A stretch of 63,991 nucleotides of DNA, the filler included, from Basidiobolus ranarum (lineage: Eukaryota): NCBI GenBank assembly GCA_040143965.1. It is 3 parts of 3 records of this genome, joined end to end, with 100 filler letters (N's around TTAATTAATTAA, not from the genome) between each part and the next. Parts side by side here need not be neighbours in the genome. Positions count along the whole stretch, not along the records: positions 43,442 to 63,991 come from JASJQH010007101.1; 2 more parts are not named here. The stretch is one strand, 5' to 3'. The notes under the pieces are model-generated. The model saw only the letters and a program-made list of their open reading frames with translations. It ran no database searches and had not been told where the DNA came from. This document shows positions 49,811 to 63,555 of this stretch, one piece after another (position 1 is the first letter of the stretch; the number at the start of each line of letters is the position of its first letter). The position numbers and the translations under genes were made by a program.

Positions 49811-50618
49811 TTAGATAAGATTGATTACGATAATAATATGGATTAATAATATCATCATGTACATTCATCCCGTTTTGACAACCATTGTTTATAACAAACG
49901 AAGCGGTGTAGATTTCTTTCACCTACAATGGACACCATCTTGTACTTGGTATCTGTTGGGATGTTCTTCGCCCATGTTATTTTGTCTTATACTTCGTAAA
50001 GAACCGTGGAATAAATCATTGAGAATCACCTTTTCTTCCTTTTGAAATTATTTGAAGTGGCTTCGTTGACCAAACATTTGACCCATAATAGTTACCTTTA
50101 TCTCTCTCTACAGAACCCATGCATAGGTAATATTGGTTTGTTCTAGTTACTCCGCTTGTTTGTAGGTGGTCATGGTTATAATGAAGTGGTCGAACTACCA
50201 TCTATTTTCACTATCAACATGTGTGTGACAATTTAGCTGATACATGTCACAGGTAAATAGATATCCACATTTACGATTATCAAGACGCTCTCTGTTCCAT
50301 TACATGAAGTGTCGGATATTCATTTACCAAGGATAAATAGATGCGAAGCAACATTCCCCCTTCAAACCCTCAATCAAGGAATAGTCTCAGAATTGTAATG
50401 TGGTTGGGTAACTTTGAAGAAATTTGATTTGGTACAGAGGTGGTGGTAGTACTTCGCTTTGACTCATTGTAACTCATGGAAATTCTCCAGATCGTTCCCA
50501 TCGGATCACGTGGACACCATGAAATTGGTCGTACTAGTTAAGAGCTATGGAGTCAAGATGAAACTTCAGTTCCAAGCGAATTATCTAGCTTCATCGGCTT
50601 TTACATAGAATAGAGAAT

Positions 50619-51517
50619 ATGAGAGCAGTTTTACAACGAGTGATCAATGCTAGCGTATGGGGTAAGTAAAGAGTCCATTGGTAAATACACTTTTGAGGTT
50701 ATGGGCGACTTATACATCTTATTGACTTAGTTGACGGGAAGGAGGTTAGTTCCATCGGTCAAGGTATTTGCGTTCTGATCGGTATCGCAGTAAACGATAC
50801 TCAAAAAGACCTCGAGCACATGTAAGTGGATTTTATTGAAGGAAGAAAACAATGCTTGGTACCTTATGAATAAGTTACTTATTTTCCATTCAATACGATA
50901 GGGTCAAAAAAATTCTCAACGTTCGTGTTTTCAACGATGAAGACGATAAACCTTGGACAAAGAGTGCCAAAGATCTTGATTTAGAGATTCTATGCGGTAG
51001 GCTTTGAAAGATAAAATTCACCTGGTAGTCGTTTATTTACCTTCGAATTGATTTAGTCTCTCAGTTCACACTTTATGGAAAAACTACTAAAGGTATGGTC
51101 CAAGTTGAAAACTCACATCGCTAAGACTGTTGCTTACTTCTAAACTTCAGGTAGTAAGCCTGATTTCCATGACTCTATGAAATCCGATACTTCAAGAGCA
51201 TTCTACGACGAGTTTCTGGAGAAACTAGGGGCTGCGTATAAGCCTAGCAAGATCAAAAGTAAGTCATGGTTATTTCCATTTTACCATTACTTTGTTCTAA
51301 GTTTTATTCTCTGTTGATCTCAGATGGAATCTTTGGTGCTCAAATGGTCGTAAATATCGCTAATGATGGTCCAGTCACATTGGAGTTGGATTCACGTAAG
51401 TTTGACTACAAGGAGCCAGTCCCACAAGGTAAAGATAAAGTCAAAAAGGCAAATAAGAGAGAGATCCCTACCCCACCGGATTCAGAGGCTATCTTGACGA
51501 CAGGTTCCGAATCTTAG
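50619..51517 (+). CDS. DTD1: D-aminoacyl-tRNA deacylase (6 exons)
   Basis: The spliced model gives MRAVLQRVINASV, SIGQGICVLIGI, ILCVSQFTLYG, GSKPDFH and FGAQMVVNIANDGPVT. Confidence 0.94.
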
Positions 51518-51749
51518 GATATACATATACATAAGTTAATTCCCACTGTATTTGGTTGATTAGTGCAGATTTTCTTAGATGCAATAATAAATTACTCGAA
51601 ATATGAAGATTATTTATTCAAGTTACTTTTCTCATTAACTGTTAAATGCTGGAACAAGTGATTTTTTGGTATGTGAAGTATGTTTCTCCCAAGTTGAGGA
51701 TACATAGAAGCGTATGTGCATAAAGTAGAGTTGCTGAACATCAATACTC

Positions 51750-53239
51750 TTACGATTTCTCATCTTCAATGGGGTCATCATTGGCCTTGGCTTCGTCTTC
51801 GCCTTGGATATCAACTTTCTCAACTACTCGGTGGGATGTGGTTACTACTTCACCGCACCGTGGACATGAGAAGCCACTGGGGTCGACCATCAGCTTCGTT
51901 TGAATACAGTAATAGCAGTATCTGTGTCCACAATTGGTTTCGTAGGGTAAATTCAAAGTGCAACTCAAAACATCTCCATTTTCATCTTGATTGCTGTAGC
52001 AAATAGCACAAATATGTGCAGGTAGCTCAGAAGCACCCTCATGTGTACCGCCAAAGATCTTCTTTACTACGGTATTTTTTAGTCGTTCCAAGTTCACCAA
52101 AGGTACCAAGAACATGAGGAATTCGGTGAACGCGTGCCAGACCAATTGTCGGTTGAGGAACTCGAAACTAACATTGCGTGTAACCTCTCTTCTAGCATAG
52201 ACCAATCTCATGGACAATACACGCTCGATTAATGTACGATATCTAGCAATAAAATGTTCAACCATTAGAATGTAAAGCTTGGGGGGAAGAGTAATGATTA
52301 ACCTCTCTTACTTTCCGGTATACATGAAATAAAGGTAGTTTACTAAACTCATCGCCTTAAATGCCTTCTCAATCACTTGAATTGACTGCCAAATGATTTT
52401 ACGTGGATTGTTCTACAAGCAATTGTTCAAAAGATATTGAGCCTATAGCCACTTGAATACAATATGTTTCCATGATGTTTACCGCATCTAATTCACTCCA
52501 TCCCCAACTGGACAGTAGTCTATTAATTCTGCTCCATAGGTATTCGCCACCGATCTGTAGGACACCGTACATAGTCTTTTGATAGTTGCTCAGAGGTGAA
52601 TCCACAGCTATCGATTGTACTAAACCATAGGACATTCTTTTAGTAAATACAAGTTAGGACTTGGAATTGATTTCACGTACGTCCGCCTTTATGCGCTCTT
52701 TCGTCGCGAAATTTCAGATTTTGAAGCTGACAACCATATGTAGCATTGCTTGGAGCACAAATGGACAACTTGTACAGAGAGAACTGGAGTATAGCCGATA
52801 ACTCAGGTTGAAATTTCTCCTTAATATTGAATTTCTATAAAAGAAAATAGATACACATAAATATTGAACCGACAGTACATTTCGTTGCTTTACTTCCTTC
52901 TCATACCTTAAATAAACTGAACGCCGTCCATAGCTGTTCTTTTAACATATCCTCCAATTCGTTATCTAAGAGCTCGGCGTCCAACTGACTTACACGCAGA
53001 ACCCGTAGTGGAGTAGTAGATGCGGTAGCTAGCGCTTTCCTGAGAGTAGTTAAGCCGGACTTCATGTTGTCCCAATCTGATTTCCAGAATTGGTTTCTGG
53101 TCTGTAAAGTAGAAATAGGAACATTGGGTGGTGGTCTTGGCACTTCTTGTGTAGTATTCGTTGTCTCCGTTGGATGAATATCTTTTGTTAAAGGAAAGTT
53201 ACGTTCACTAGTCATTTGGGTTGGTACTCTGATTGTCAT
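51750..53239 (-). CDS. PEX2: Peroxisomal RING peroxin Pex2 (multi-exon, start uncertain)
   Basis: Contains RVSQLDAELLDNEL, ATYGCQLQNLKF, RNVSFEFLNRQLVWHAFTEFLMFL and RING CAIC...CGHRYCYYC...CPRC. Confidence 0.92.
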
Positions 53240-53868
53240 TGAAGTATATACACCCAAAGATTTACCCTTGTATTTGAAATGTTTTTGCTTTTGTTTCCTT
53301 GTAGATGACGAGAGTTTATTAAGCTACAAGTAAAATATGTGGTTTGGTCTTCCAGTGTTACACGTTATTAGAATTTCACAGATTTGTCATCTTCCTTTAA
53401 GAAATCAGAGATTATCAATTGCATTGGATATGTGTGAGTCACGTGAAATAAAACAGGTCGTAATTTCCAATTGAGATTTGTAATATACATACACACTTGG
53501 ATCATCTCTTTCACATGAGACGTTGAGTCTCAGATATTACATAGATCACGATGTGAGCAATGTTAGGCACTGGGACCATTTTATGATTGTATTAGCTTTA
53601 TAGGTGATGGGGGGGGGAATTATAGCGTAAGGTCACAGTGATCTGGAATATCATTGGGAATGTTGATTGGAATATGCAGACTTCGAAGGAAAACAGACTA
53701 TACAAAGGTTTAGATCCCGAGTGCCCCCTTCTCACCCTGGTTCTAGAGTATTGTTCAGATCGGGTTAGATGGGGAGGATTTGGAAATTTTTTTTGATTGG
53801 TAAATTGTAGGGTTTTTAAGACCACAATGAAATCTTTGGCATCTTTCTCTGTCACAATATAGGTCCAA

Positions 53869-54307
53869 ATGGTACGTATAGATTTTCAGAGCATATATTC
53901 CTAGTGAAATTAGACTATGATGGATGGATAACTGTCGATGTGTAGATTGAAGATTTGGTAAACAATGCTGACATTCATCTTAATTTCAGGCCAAGAAAGA
54001 CGCCCCCGCTAAGCCTACCTCCGGTGGAAAGAAGACCAAGAAGAAGTGGTCCAAGGGAAAGGTCAAGGATAAGGCCAATAACTTGGTCGTTTTTGACCAA
54101 GCCACTTTGGACAAGTTGATGAAGGAAGCTCCCACCTATAAGCTTATTACTACGTCAGTTTTGGTCGACCGCCTTCGCATCAACGGCTCCCTTGCTCGTG
54201 CTGCTATCAGAGAGTTGGAAGTCCAAGGTTTGATCCTAATGGTCTCTACCCACGGTTCTCAACTTATCTACACCCGTGCCATCTCCGCCACTGAAGAAGC
54301 TAATTAA
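53869..54307 (+). CDS. RPS25: 40S ribosomal protein S25 (ATG-only first coding exon)
   Basis: ATG, then an intron at 53872-53989, then AKKDAP...[15 protein letters not shown]...[19 protein letters not shown]...QLIYTRA. Confidence 0.96.
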
Positions 54308-55003
54308 TTTCAATAAAGAAGCTTTCTGAATCAGTCAACTTGTTATTCCTTCATTTTAAAGGCTGTATGTAACAACCTCAATTGTGTCCATTGAGAAAGC
54401 CATGTAGTTATCAAATAACTACTGTCGGTCATGCCTACTCTGTCTAACTGTAGCATTAGCTAAAATTTTACTTGCTGACACAAATAGTCCGTTCTTGAAT
54501 ACATATTCTTGGGCGTGTAGATTATGTCCTGTGTCCCGGTTTTATATACCTTATTATACCAAGTGTTACGATTTCTGGGCATATTCCAGGCATGCTATGA
54601 CTGATGGTTACCAGATCATAGAATGTTGAATACCCAAGGGTAGGTTTCTGGTATTGATCCAGTCCTCAACATATTCCGCTTGTACTCACATTTGCTCCAA
54701 ATAGTGCCAATCTTTTTGAATATAATCGACCATTTGATAAGCCATACCTGTTGTTGGTAAATCTCTAGAAATTAAAAGGTACAATCTAAAGGCTGGAAAA
54801 TCCAATAGAATATCAAAATGCTGCAGACATCCAAAAAACGAAGCCTAATCCATTCCTTCCCTCACATCGAACCTTTTACATATTTTCAAAATGGCGATCA
54901 AATTTCTTTTTTTATAGCATATTCAAGATGTAATCAAGTGAGGAAATAAACCAATCAATCATCTAACACTAGGTATCAAGTATTTTCTTTACCAACACAA
55001 AGT

Positions 55004-57149
55004 ATGTCGGAGGAAAACACAAAGGCCCGAGTGTAGAGTCATATCAGAAATTTCTACCGGTATATGAGTTCGGTTCAGGGCCAACCGAAGCTGTTGATGG
55101 TTGGAAGCCTTTGGTAAAATGTGAAGTGGAGTTCGGTATAGAGGAGTTTTCGAAAGTAATGGTTCGTACAGCTTCAATATATATATTACCCCATTACCTA
55201 TCACTCGATCTCTTTCCATGCTTCTAAAAGAAGGAACTAGAGGCTTTATTACGCTTTTCCTTTTCTCTTATATCGGTATAGAGTTGTTAGTTGGCTATTT
55301 GAGATGACGCCAATTCCTTTCAGAGTTAGAGAGTAAAGTAACTGATAACGAACCAAATTTTTTGCTCTTAGAACCAGTGGACCCTTCAACCGGAACTTGT
55401 TATACCACCTATAAAGGAGGCGAAATGTGTCTCAGAGGAAAGAGAGGATGACGGCAATTTTCAAGTCACTCGTGTGTTGATACCAAAGAGGAAACTGAAA
55501 GACGCGGAGCTAACAGAGGTAGTCGAGTTTGTTGAGACCGATAATGGTAGGCTTACCGAGGATTTTCATACTTGTATTTCACAAATTTATTTTATATCGA
55601 GGTTGAAGCATAGACATCCACCCACTATCCATAGAAAATAACCCAAATCTTTCCTACGCTTACAGAGGCTTTCGCATCGTTTACCCCACGCGTTCAATCA
55701 GACAAAGGGCTACCCTTCTATTATCCTAAAGTAGAGGCATTTCGATACAGATTTATAAATGGGTATGTAGTTGTGATGGAGTTCAATTATTTCTTCAACA
55801 TCATGGACTGGCGTTAATGAGGTTCCTCTCTACTCAGCCATGTACCAGAAATTCGTTTTGAGATCCGTGAATTACCCGGTGGCTCCGTATTCGATGAAAA
55901 AATGGTGATTAGCACTTCAATCTAACCTTGCCTCTGTCTTGGGATCTACTCCAATCAAACATATTCCATGTATAATATGAACACCTTGCTATTTTCGTTT
56001 AACAGAAATATGCCGTGTCACAGCTGATGAAGAAGTTGTTTAAATGGGGCATCAGTACTGCGTTAGGATACCAGAAGCGGGTTCACCACGACATCATTGT
56101 ACCAAAAGACATGTATTTAAGCACTTACGAACGATTGAGTAAGTATCTACCGATCCTACCACAGTAGAGCCTGCCTGTAAGAACCACTTTTGCTGAAATC
56201 CCTTTTCCACTTGATAGAAATGAAGTATGCTAAGCGATGGGTGGATAGTTGGCCGGAAAAAACCGATCCCCGCAAGTTTGTTTACGAGGATATCGCTATC
56301 GCTACCTGGTTAGTGTGCGTGTGGGAGTTGGAAAGAGAAGCCACATCCAGAACCAAGTAATGCATTTGTGAGCATGTAACTTTGTCTTGGCTGCTTATTC
56401 ACACCAATGTCAATGATGCTTCAAGGTATCAAACTTTTGTAGATATTGGATGCGGAAATGGCTTGCTCGTACATTTGTTGAACGAAGAGGGATATTCTGG
56501 ATACGGAATCGATCAGAGCTCAAGAAAAGTTTGGAGCTTATTTGGAGAAAACACCAAACTCGTTAGTGAAACCCTTTTGCCTAACGAATTTAAAGTTCAA
56601 TCCGAATGGATCATTGGAAATCACGCGGATGAGCTGGTGCCTTGGATACCTATTATAGCCGCAAGATCTAGCTACGATACAAAGTAACTCTCTTTCATTC
56701 GCTTGATGGCTTTCATCGCAAAGGATACTCTTTATCTTTGATGCTTCTACTGACTCCTTTTCTCTCACTTGTTTTGTCCTAGGTTTGTCATCATTCCTTG
56801 CTGTCTCTTCGAACTGAGTGGGAAGAAGTTTGTGAAAAAAGTGGAGAATCAAGGAAGGTTTCATTGCTACTTGGAATACCTGAAAGAATTGGTGGATATT
56901 TGTGGATATGAGGTTGAAGTAGAGAGTCTGCGTATACCATCAACAAAGAATGTCGCCATCATCGGCAGAAAACGAAATTTCGCACTTGATGATGAGCTTG
57001 CTAATGAAAAAACTAGAGAAAGAATCAATGGGTTGATCGAGGCTTCTGAGCAATTCGTGCCTAGAATCTCTGATAGAGAGAAGGAGGTTCTAAGACGAAG
57101 CAAACTAGAGAAGCGCAAAAGAGTTCTTTCGCCAGAGCCTGTTGGTTAG
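55004..57149 (+). CDS. TRM44: tRNA (uracil-O(2)-)-methyltransferase Trm44 (multi-exon, 5' end unresolved)
   Basis: Contains LPFYYPKV, GYQKRVHHDIIVPK, WPEKTDPRKFVYEDIAIATWL, FVDIGCGNGLLVHLL, IIGNHADELVPW, IPCC and LRIPSTKN. Confidence 0.9.
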
Positions 57150-57338
57150 CTACCAAAAGATCCCTCTGCAGCTAAACTAGCATTTGGATGTGGCAAAGAA
57201 TCTCACGAAATTCAATTTATTCTTGAATAAAATCATCTTTAAACAATCCGGTAAACGGTGGTAACACATTTGTACCAGGATATCAGGATATAAGTAAATG
57301 TGCAAAGGGGATCAATATCAATCGGAGTGGAGGTGCTC

Positions 57339-58381
57339 TCAATCACGTTGTTCGTTGAACAATTGGATAATATCCGATAAGGTGATTACTTCAATAGCTT
57401 TTCCATTCTCGACTACCCAGACTCTGTGAGTGTGGGCTTCGATGATCTTTGTGAAAACCTCGGTTAATGGGGCGTTTCTGTCGCAAACCTTCAATGGTGA
57501 TTTACCATGATCAGTTTGCTAGAAAGATGGTTAATATCATGATACAAACATTCGCTAACAGTACTCAAATTTACCTCGAGAAACTCAGGAATACTCTTAG
57601 TTAAATTGTTGAAGGCCTTGGGATTGAGTCCACGTAAATCAGCGGCACTCAATGCCATTACTATTTTTCCATTGGAGTCCACCACCGGCACAGCGGAATA
57701 ATTTGCTTCGAGCATAATGTGATATGTGTTCAGTGCTGAGTCTGTATTTTTGGCGGCGAGAAGTTCGCGGCCACGAATCAACCCCAAGTCTGAAATGCTC
57801 TTACTAGTATCCACTTTTCCTCCAGCTTTAGGGTGAGCAATGAGGTATTTGATTACATCAGATTGAGTGATAATATAAGGTGGTGAGTTGTCGACATAAT
57901 CATATACGAGAACTCTGTGTGTCCCACTTGAGAAGGCTTTCAGTACCTTTTAAAGTGTGAATGTCAATAATCTTCAAAGGAGCAAAGGATTGTTTAAAGA
58001 AATAATCACCTTCTTCAAAGGGTCAGTAGTTTCCGTCTCGATGATGCGGTAGCTCTCCTTTTCGGTGTCCAGGGTCATGACCACTTCAATATTCTGATCA
58101 AGCTTCGCCAATTCGTCGGTATCTAAAGAAGTGGCTATTTCACCTGAGGGAGTTTTGGTAATGGAGACAATATAGGATAGAATGTCCATAGCATTAACAA
58201 TGTTAACAATCTTGTCAGGTCTACTATGACTGTAGATTGGCAAAGAAACAATTCTGTGTGAGGCCATTTTGTTTAGAGCCTCTCTAACAGTTATGTCTGG
58301 TTGAGCTGCAATCAACGTTTGACGTTCACTTGAGTGCTTTAACTCTGCAGGAGTCACTTCGAGGATAACTTTTTCTGACAT
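57339..58381 (-). CDS. Four-CBS-domain protein (Sds23/AMPK-gamma-like, 3 exons)
   Basis: CBS units read TVREALNKMASHRIVSLPI, FSSGTHRVLV..IITQSDVIKYL, YSAVPVVD...LSAADLRG and HTHRVWVV...VITLSDII. Confidence 0.87.
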
Positions 58382-59812
58382 GTTGCAAGTGGAAGGGCAA
58401 AGAGTGTAGGTTTGTTGAGTATTAGAAGTTAAAGTTTGGTAAATAATTCAAGACGGATAGGGGAGTTATATCTTTGGAACCGGTTGAGATCTCAAATAAG
58501 TGGCTTGGTTGAATAAGTATTCTAATAAGTAAAGTTACAAGAAAACTTTGTAGCTTAGAGTATATTCGTTGATTGGCTGATTAAGCCCAACCTGAGAACC
58601 TAATTGGTCACCTGAGCGAAGGTTGTCGTGTAACATATCCCTGGACAGGATGACATTGCCAGAGACGTCATTTTCCAGAACAATTCTAATCCAACATTGA
58701 CATATATATGGCATTGACAGAGTTAATATCACAAAGTGGAAAAGGAGGATAATATTTCAGGGATGCAGGAAGACGTAACCGCTGGTAAATTTTTACTCTG
58801 CCTAATATGCCCATAATGCTCATCCTAGCCGCAAAAGTGAAATAATTGTTTGAGATGAGTGCGAGTATCACGAGTATCATGATTTGAGCAATTCTTTTGG
58901 AGAACTCCAAACTCAGATGTTCACTGCCATTTCTTCAACGCATTCTAATAGTGGCTTCAGGTGGCACAGGTTTAGCAAATAGCACACCTGTGTAGCGGTC
59001 AGTTCTAAAATACTGGACACACTCTATCTCATTGAAGTGTCAAGCAGGAATGATAGCAGTTTCGTATTCACAATCTCCCGAGATAATCAATTAATTTCAA
59101 AATGTGGCTACAAGGCCTTGGGTTCAGATTGTACGCACGAATTATCCCAGCAAATCTTCGATATAGTCGCTTTGTTTCTCGAACCACATTTTTATTAAAC
59201 CATTCATTGGTTTACTAGACATATTTCATATTGGCCCTACGGTGAAAACATCATAAGCCGCAATGGACATCTTATTCCTGTTTCTGTGATAGATGCTAGT
59301 AAGTTTATTACAGGTTTTCTTTTCTTTCCTGGGGTTTCTAGGCAATTCCTGCCTGTATATGACGAATATGATCCTGTTTGTATTACAATCCGAGAATTCT
59401 TTCTTTACTACCATCATGCATCGAATATCACCTGACCTGCCACCATTGTTGAACACTCTTTCATTTCCCACGGATATCAGCCACTTGTCAATCTCAAATG
59501 CAAAGTCAGTGGGAAGCAGAATTAGCATCTGCCTCAATCAAACATGTTCAACCTGTATTCTTGTCATTGAGGACCCGTTGGGATTTTCTACTACTTAAGA
59601 ATTCAAAAATGTAACCTAGCTAGCCCTACTTCTACCAACAGTAACATGAGTTCTTTCAACTCCATCAATCATGCTTGGATCCATGCGGATCAAACATAGT
59701 TTTCATCACAATAGTTGAAACTTGGATATTTATAAAGTCCTACTAAACTCACTTCGAGACAACATGATACTGCTATTTCTGTCTGCATTCAGCACGCTTT
59801 GACCACGCCTAC

Positions 59813-62732
59813 TCACTCAGTAAAAGATTTGGCTGAACTCCACGGATGCTGATATATCAGATGAGGCTCATTGGAACTGGATTCTCCTAAGCCATCTTCT
59901 GGTTTGGGATATATCAGATGCAGCCGTTCCTCTCCAACAATTGCTTTGACCAGCTCTATAAGCACATCCTGCTCTACTGCTAGCTCAAACAAGGCGCCAG
60001 CATAGGCATAGATACCCAAATAGTCCGGTGAGGTAGCCTTGTCCCATTTCGTGATCCTTCTGTAATGGGATCGTCTCATGGCTTGAACTGAAGGAAGGTA
60101 CCTGGGCAGAGGCGAGTTGGTTTTCAATGCACCGGCAAGGACATAATAATTCAATATGGTCGTGGCGATGATCTCTCGGCGTTGTAAACTAACTGGAGCA
60201 ATGATGTCTTCAAGGGATTTGCTCGGTAAGGTAGCCAGCGTAGCATTAATTACATACAGCCAATCCAAACTAGCACGCAGATGCTTAATAAGATCATCGT
60301 ACATAATGGAATAAAATGGTTCCTTTAGCCGAGGCTCCATACACGCTTCCGCTAGCAATCCTTCGATTTTTATCAGCTGGCATTGTAGCTTGGTTAACAT
60401 ACTTTCCACTTCGGATCGAAGTTTTTTGTCCGAATTTAACTCACTTGGACCCATGTTAACACTGAATACACTTGAGATACTTTTCGACATTTGGTTGAGC
60501 AGACTTGATACCTCCTTACGAAGCTCTATGCGTGCAACAAATGGCCACAACGTAACATTCACAATCATTGACAAGACAATGCCCAATAGGACAGTGATCC
60601 AGCGCATCAATGCTAACCGAATGGGTTTCTCTCCTACGTTGTAATAGAGGAATTCATTAAAAACTACCGCATTAAACGTAATAATTGCGGTAGGACCGAT
60701 TCTAGGGTACGGGGTAGCAACACAGAAGTACCATGCTGGAGTGCCTATATAATACAGATCCGATTAATGACATTTCATACTAAACAATCCTGCGAAAAAT
60801 CTGGAGACCACTTACTTAAAAGACATACAACAAACGGTAGCGCCCATCTTTCTCCACCGGCAATAAGCCACGCTAAGTAGCCCAACACTCCACCCAGAAT
60901 GGTACTCAGAATACGCATATACGATGTTTGAATAACTGAGCCTACAGCTTTGGTAAAAATAATTACGATGGTGATCAGTCCCCATTGCCCATGTACGTCT
61001 GTGAACCACGTTGACGTAGATGGAAAATACGCAGGAAGGGAATACAAAAAGAGGGTAAGTGCTAGTTTAATGCCACACCGAACCTCAGAGCTTTTGGTCC
61101 ATTGCAAGGCTCTCCATAGATTATAGCGGATTGACGACTTTGAATGTCTCTTGCGCTCCTCATACATGCGTTGGCCGACCGACATTCCTTCGTAATTGTT
61201 CGCAGCATTGTTAGTAATCTCCACAGTGCTATCATTGTTAGGGGAATCCGAGCTTGATCCCGCAATTTCTTGACGGTTTTTAAACTCCTCTAGTTCTCTG
61301 GCACGCAACCACTTGGAAAAATTCATTTTCGGTACCCACAAACGCTTGCGATCCCGGCGTTCTTGCTTGACGTATTGTTCGTTGCTTAATAGCTCTTGGA
61401 TTGAGCTGGTGGTGTGTTGAAGTCCAAAAAAGAAGGTGTACACTACCCAAGCCCAATTGCCAGGGTCACTTCCCTCAATTGCTCTCAACTTTGGTAACAG
61501 CTCTTTTTGCATATTGATAATTTTCTCTAAGGTTTGTTGAAGTTCTGCGTGTAACTCAACAGTAGATGTAACACTGTTATCGATCAGATTGGATTGCTTC
61601 ATCGATGGCTGACAATCAGTTAAGCTTTGATAACTTTGAATTAATTGATCGATAGCTTTCACATTCGTGGCGATCACTTCGTTAAGAACCGATTCAATAG
61701 CAGGCAGAACTTTAGACACTGCTTCATGTAGCTTTGTAGAGTCCTTGGCTACTGTCAGGTCCATAGCTATGCTCGCGTGATCGGAGATCATTGTTTCATA
61801 AGTGCCGTATAGACTATTCCGAATTCGAATAACATTCTGAACCATTACTCCAAGTTTTCGGCCCATTTCGGCAAGTACTTTGACAGAGCCAAAGATGTGA
61901 CGAGGGGCGATTCGACCGTAAGATACTTCATATTTAGCTTGGGTCATGGCAACCTGCATGGTTTGAACACAGATTTGCAATTGAGCAGCCTGCTTACTCA
62001 ATTTACTTATACTTTGTGCTTGCTGATCCGAGTCATAGAGCGCGATAGGAATTTCGGCGAGAATGTTACGCGATTGGACTAATGTATCCAGGAACGCTTG
62101 GCTAGTGTTATAGAATATTAGCCCCTGGGCACGGTTGGATTAGAGAAGTTAATTTTCACTTACCAGGCTTTCTGACCCGCACTGGTGGGCCAAAATAGTA
62201 TGTTAACTAGGAAACTAGTCCACACGCAGATGGTTTGAGCAATAAGATTCTTGTATGAAATCTCAATGTTAAACTTTACACTATCAATCTTGTAGGTGAA
62301 TTGATAAAGAGAAGCGATTGCACCGAGCTGCCACATAAGAGTGAATTTGGGGTGTCTAGTTCGACCGTAGCCGGCCAAAAACCCGACACCAATTAAAAAA
62401 CCTGCCGCAATCCAACGACCTCCAGTAGGGCCATACTTGCGATTAAAAGAGCTAACTGCCCATGAACCTAATGAAGCATAGGCGATTTCCCAAATCAACG
62501 CAAGAGTCACCCATAGGATAGCCTCAATGTGTGCGCCTAACGTTAGATATGGTGGCACTAAGGCTATTATAATGATAATAATATATACTGTTCCAACAAA
62601 ATACTCCTTCACTCCGGGTAAAATAGAGATGAAAGCAGTTAGAAAAATTGCCAATACACCTTTAGAGATGTCTAGCCATTCACGTCTACTAGGGGGTTTG
62701 ACCCAAAGTGGAAGCCAGTGCATTCGACTCAT
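59813..62732 (-). CDS. FUSC/ArAE (aromatic acid exporter/ALMT-like, Bre4/YGL140C-type) membrane protein (3 exons)
   Basis: Two TM bundles each end in VNxxxWP. Also contains GQWGLITIVII..VGS...MRILSTILGGVLG and EPRLKEPF. Introns are near 62102-62163 and 60747-60816. Confidence 0.82.
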
Positions 62733-63555
62733 AGACAAATATTGCGCGGTAAATAGAAGTGGTGAATTGTACTAAGCTTGACCTTTATATTACACTTACT
62801 TTCATTCTTTAAAATTTGAAACACACTTGAAACACAACGATTAGTGGCACCAAGAGTCAATGGATAAGCAGTTTATCCGACAAAGATTGGTAATTATGAA
62901 GACTGTGATTGTGCGAAAATCAGGCGAGCTATCCAGGAATTAGAGCCAATTGCTCATTTCCGTTGGCAATGACAAGATGAAAACGAAACAGCGGCTACAG
63001 CCTTATTCGTGTGGCCCAAGATATTGTTGTTTAATGGGCTCAATGTGTATGACATAAATGGAAATACAGCTGCATACGATTGTTTAGTTTGAAGATCAGC
63101 ATTGAAGCTTAAATCGCTATTTCTGGAGCGGATCAATCATCGCTTTTGGTTGATTTCATAAACGAACTCAGTCGTCATTGGATGGTCAACCCGTATGACG
63201 AATGTCAATTTTTGGGCTGCTTTTTGTACTAGGATCAATTAACAACCATCATTGAGATATAAGGGTTTGATCTGCTCTAGTTGCACAATGAAAAAGGACA
63301 AGCAGTCACCGATTGCGGAACTATCTCGCTATTATGGTATCATTTTCAGCATCTCGGAGAAAATCGGTTCAGTGGTTCGATCAGATTGCAAGGGATTTTG
63401 CAACAACATTACAACACATATAGCGAATTAGCACACAGTAGCGGGCTCTTCATCAGTAAAGAGAATACTCGAAATATGTGTAATTATTCTAACCATGATG
63501 TTACCTATGGATATCTCTAGAGTCCACACAAAGGTGGAAGAAATCGGTGAAAGGC

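Noticed and set aside
42043-51517. Apparent amino-acid metabolism cluster (sdaA, MFSD5, HOM3, DTD1)
   Set aside because: The genes are separated by an artificial contig join and do not form a coherent pathway.
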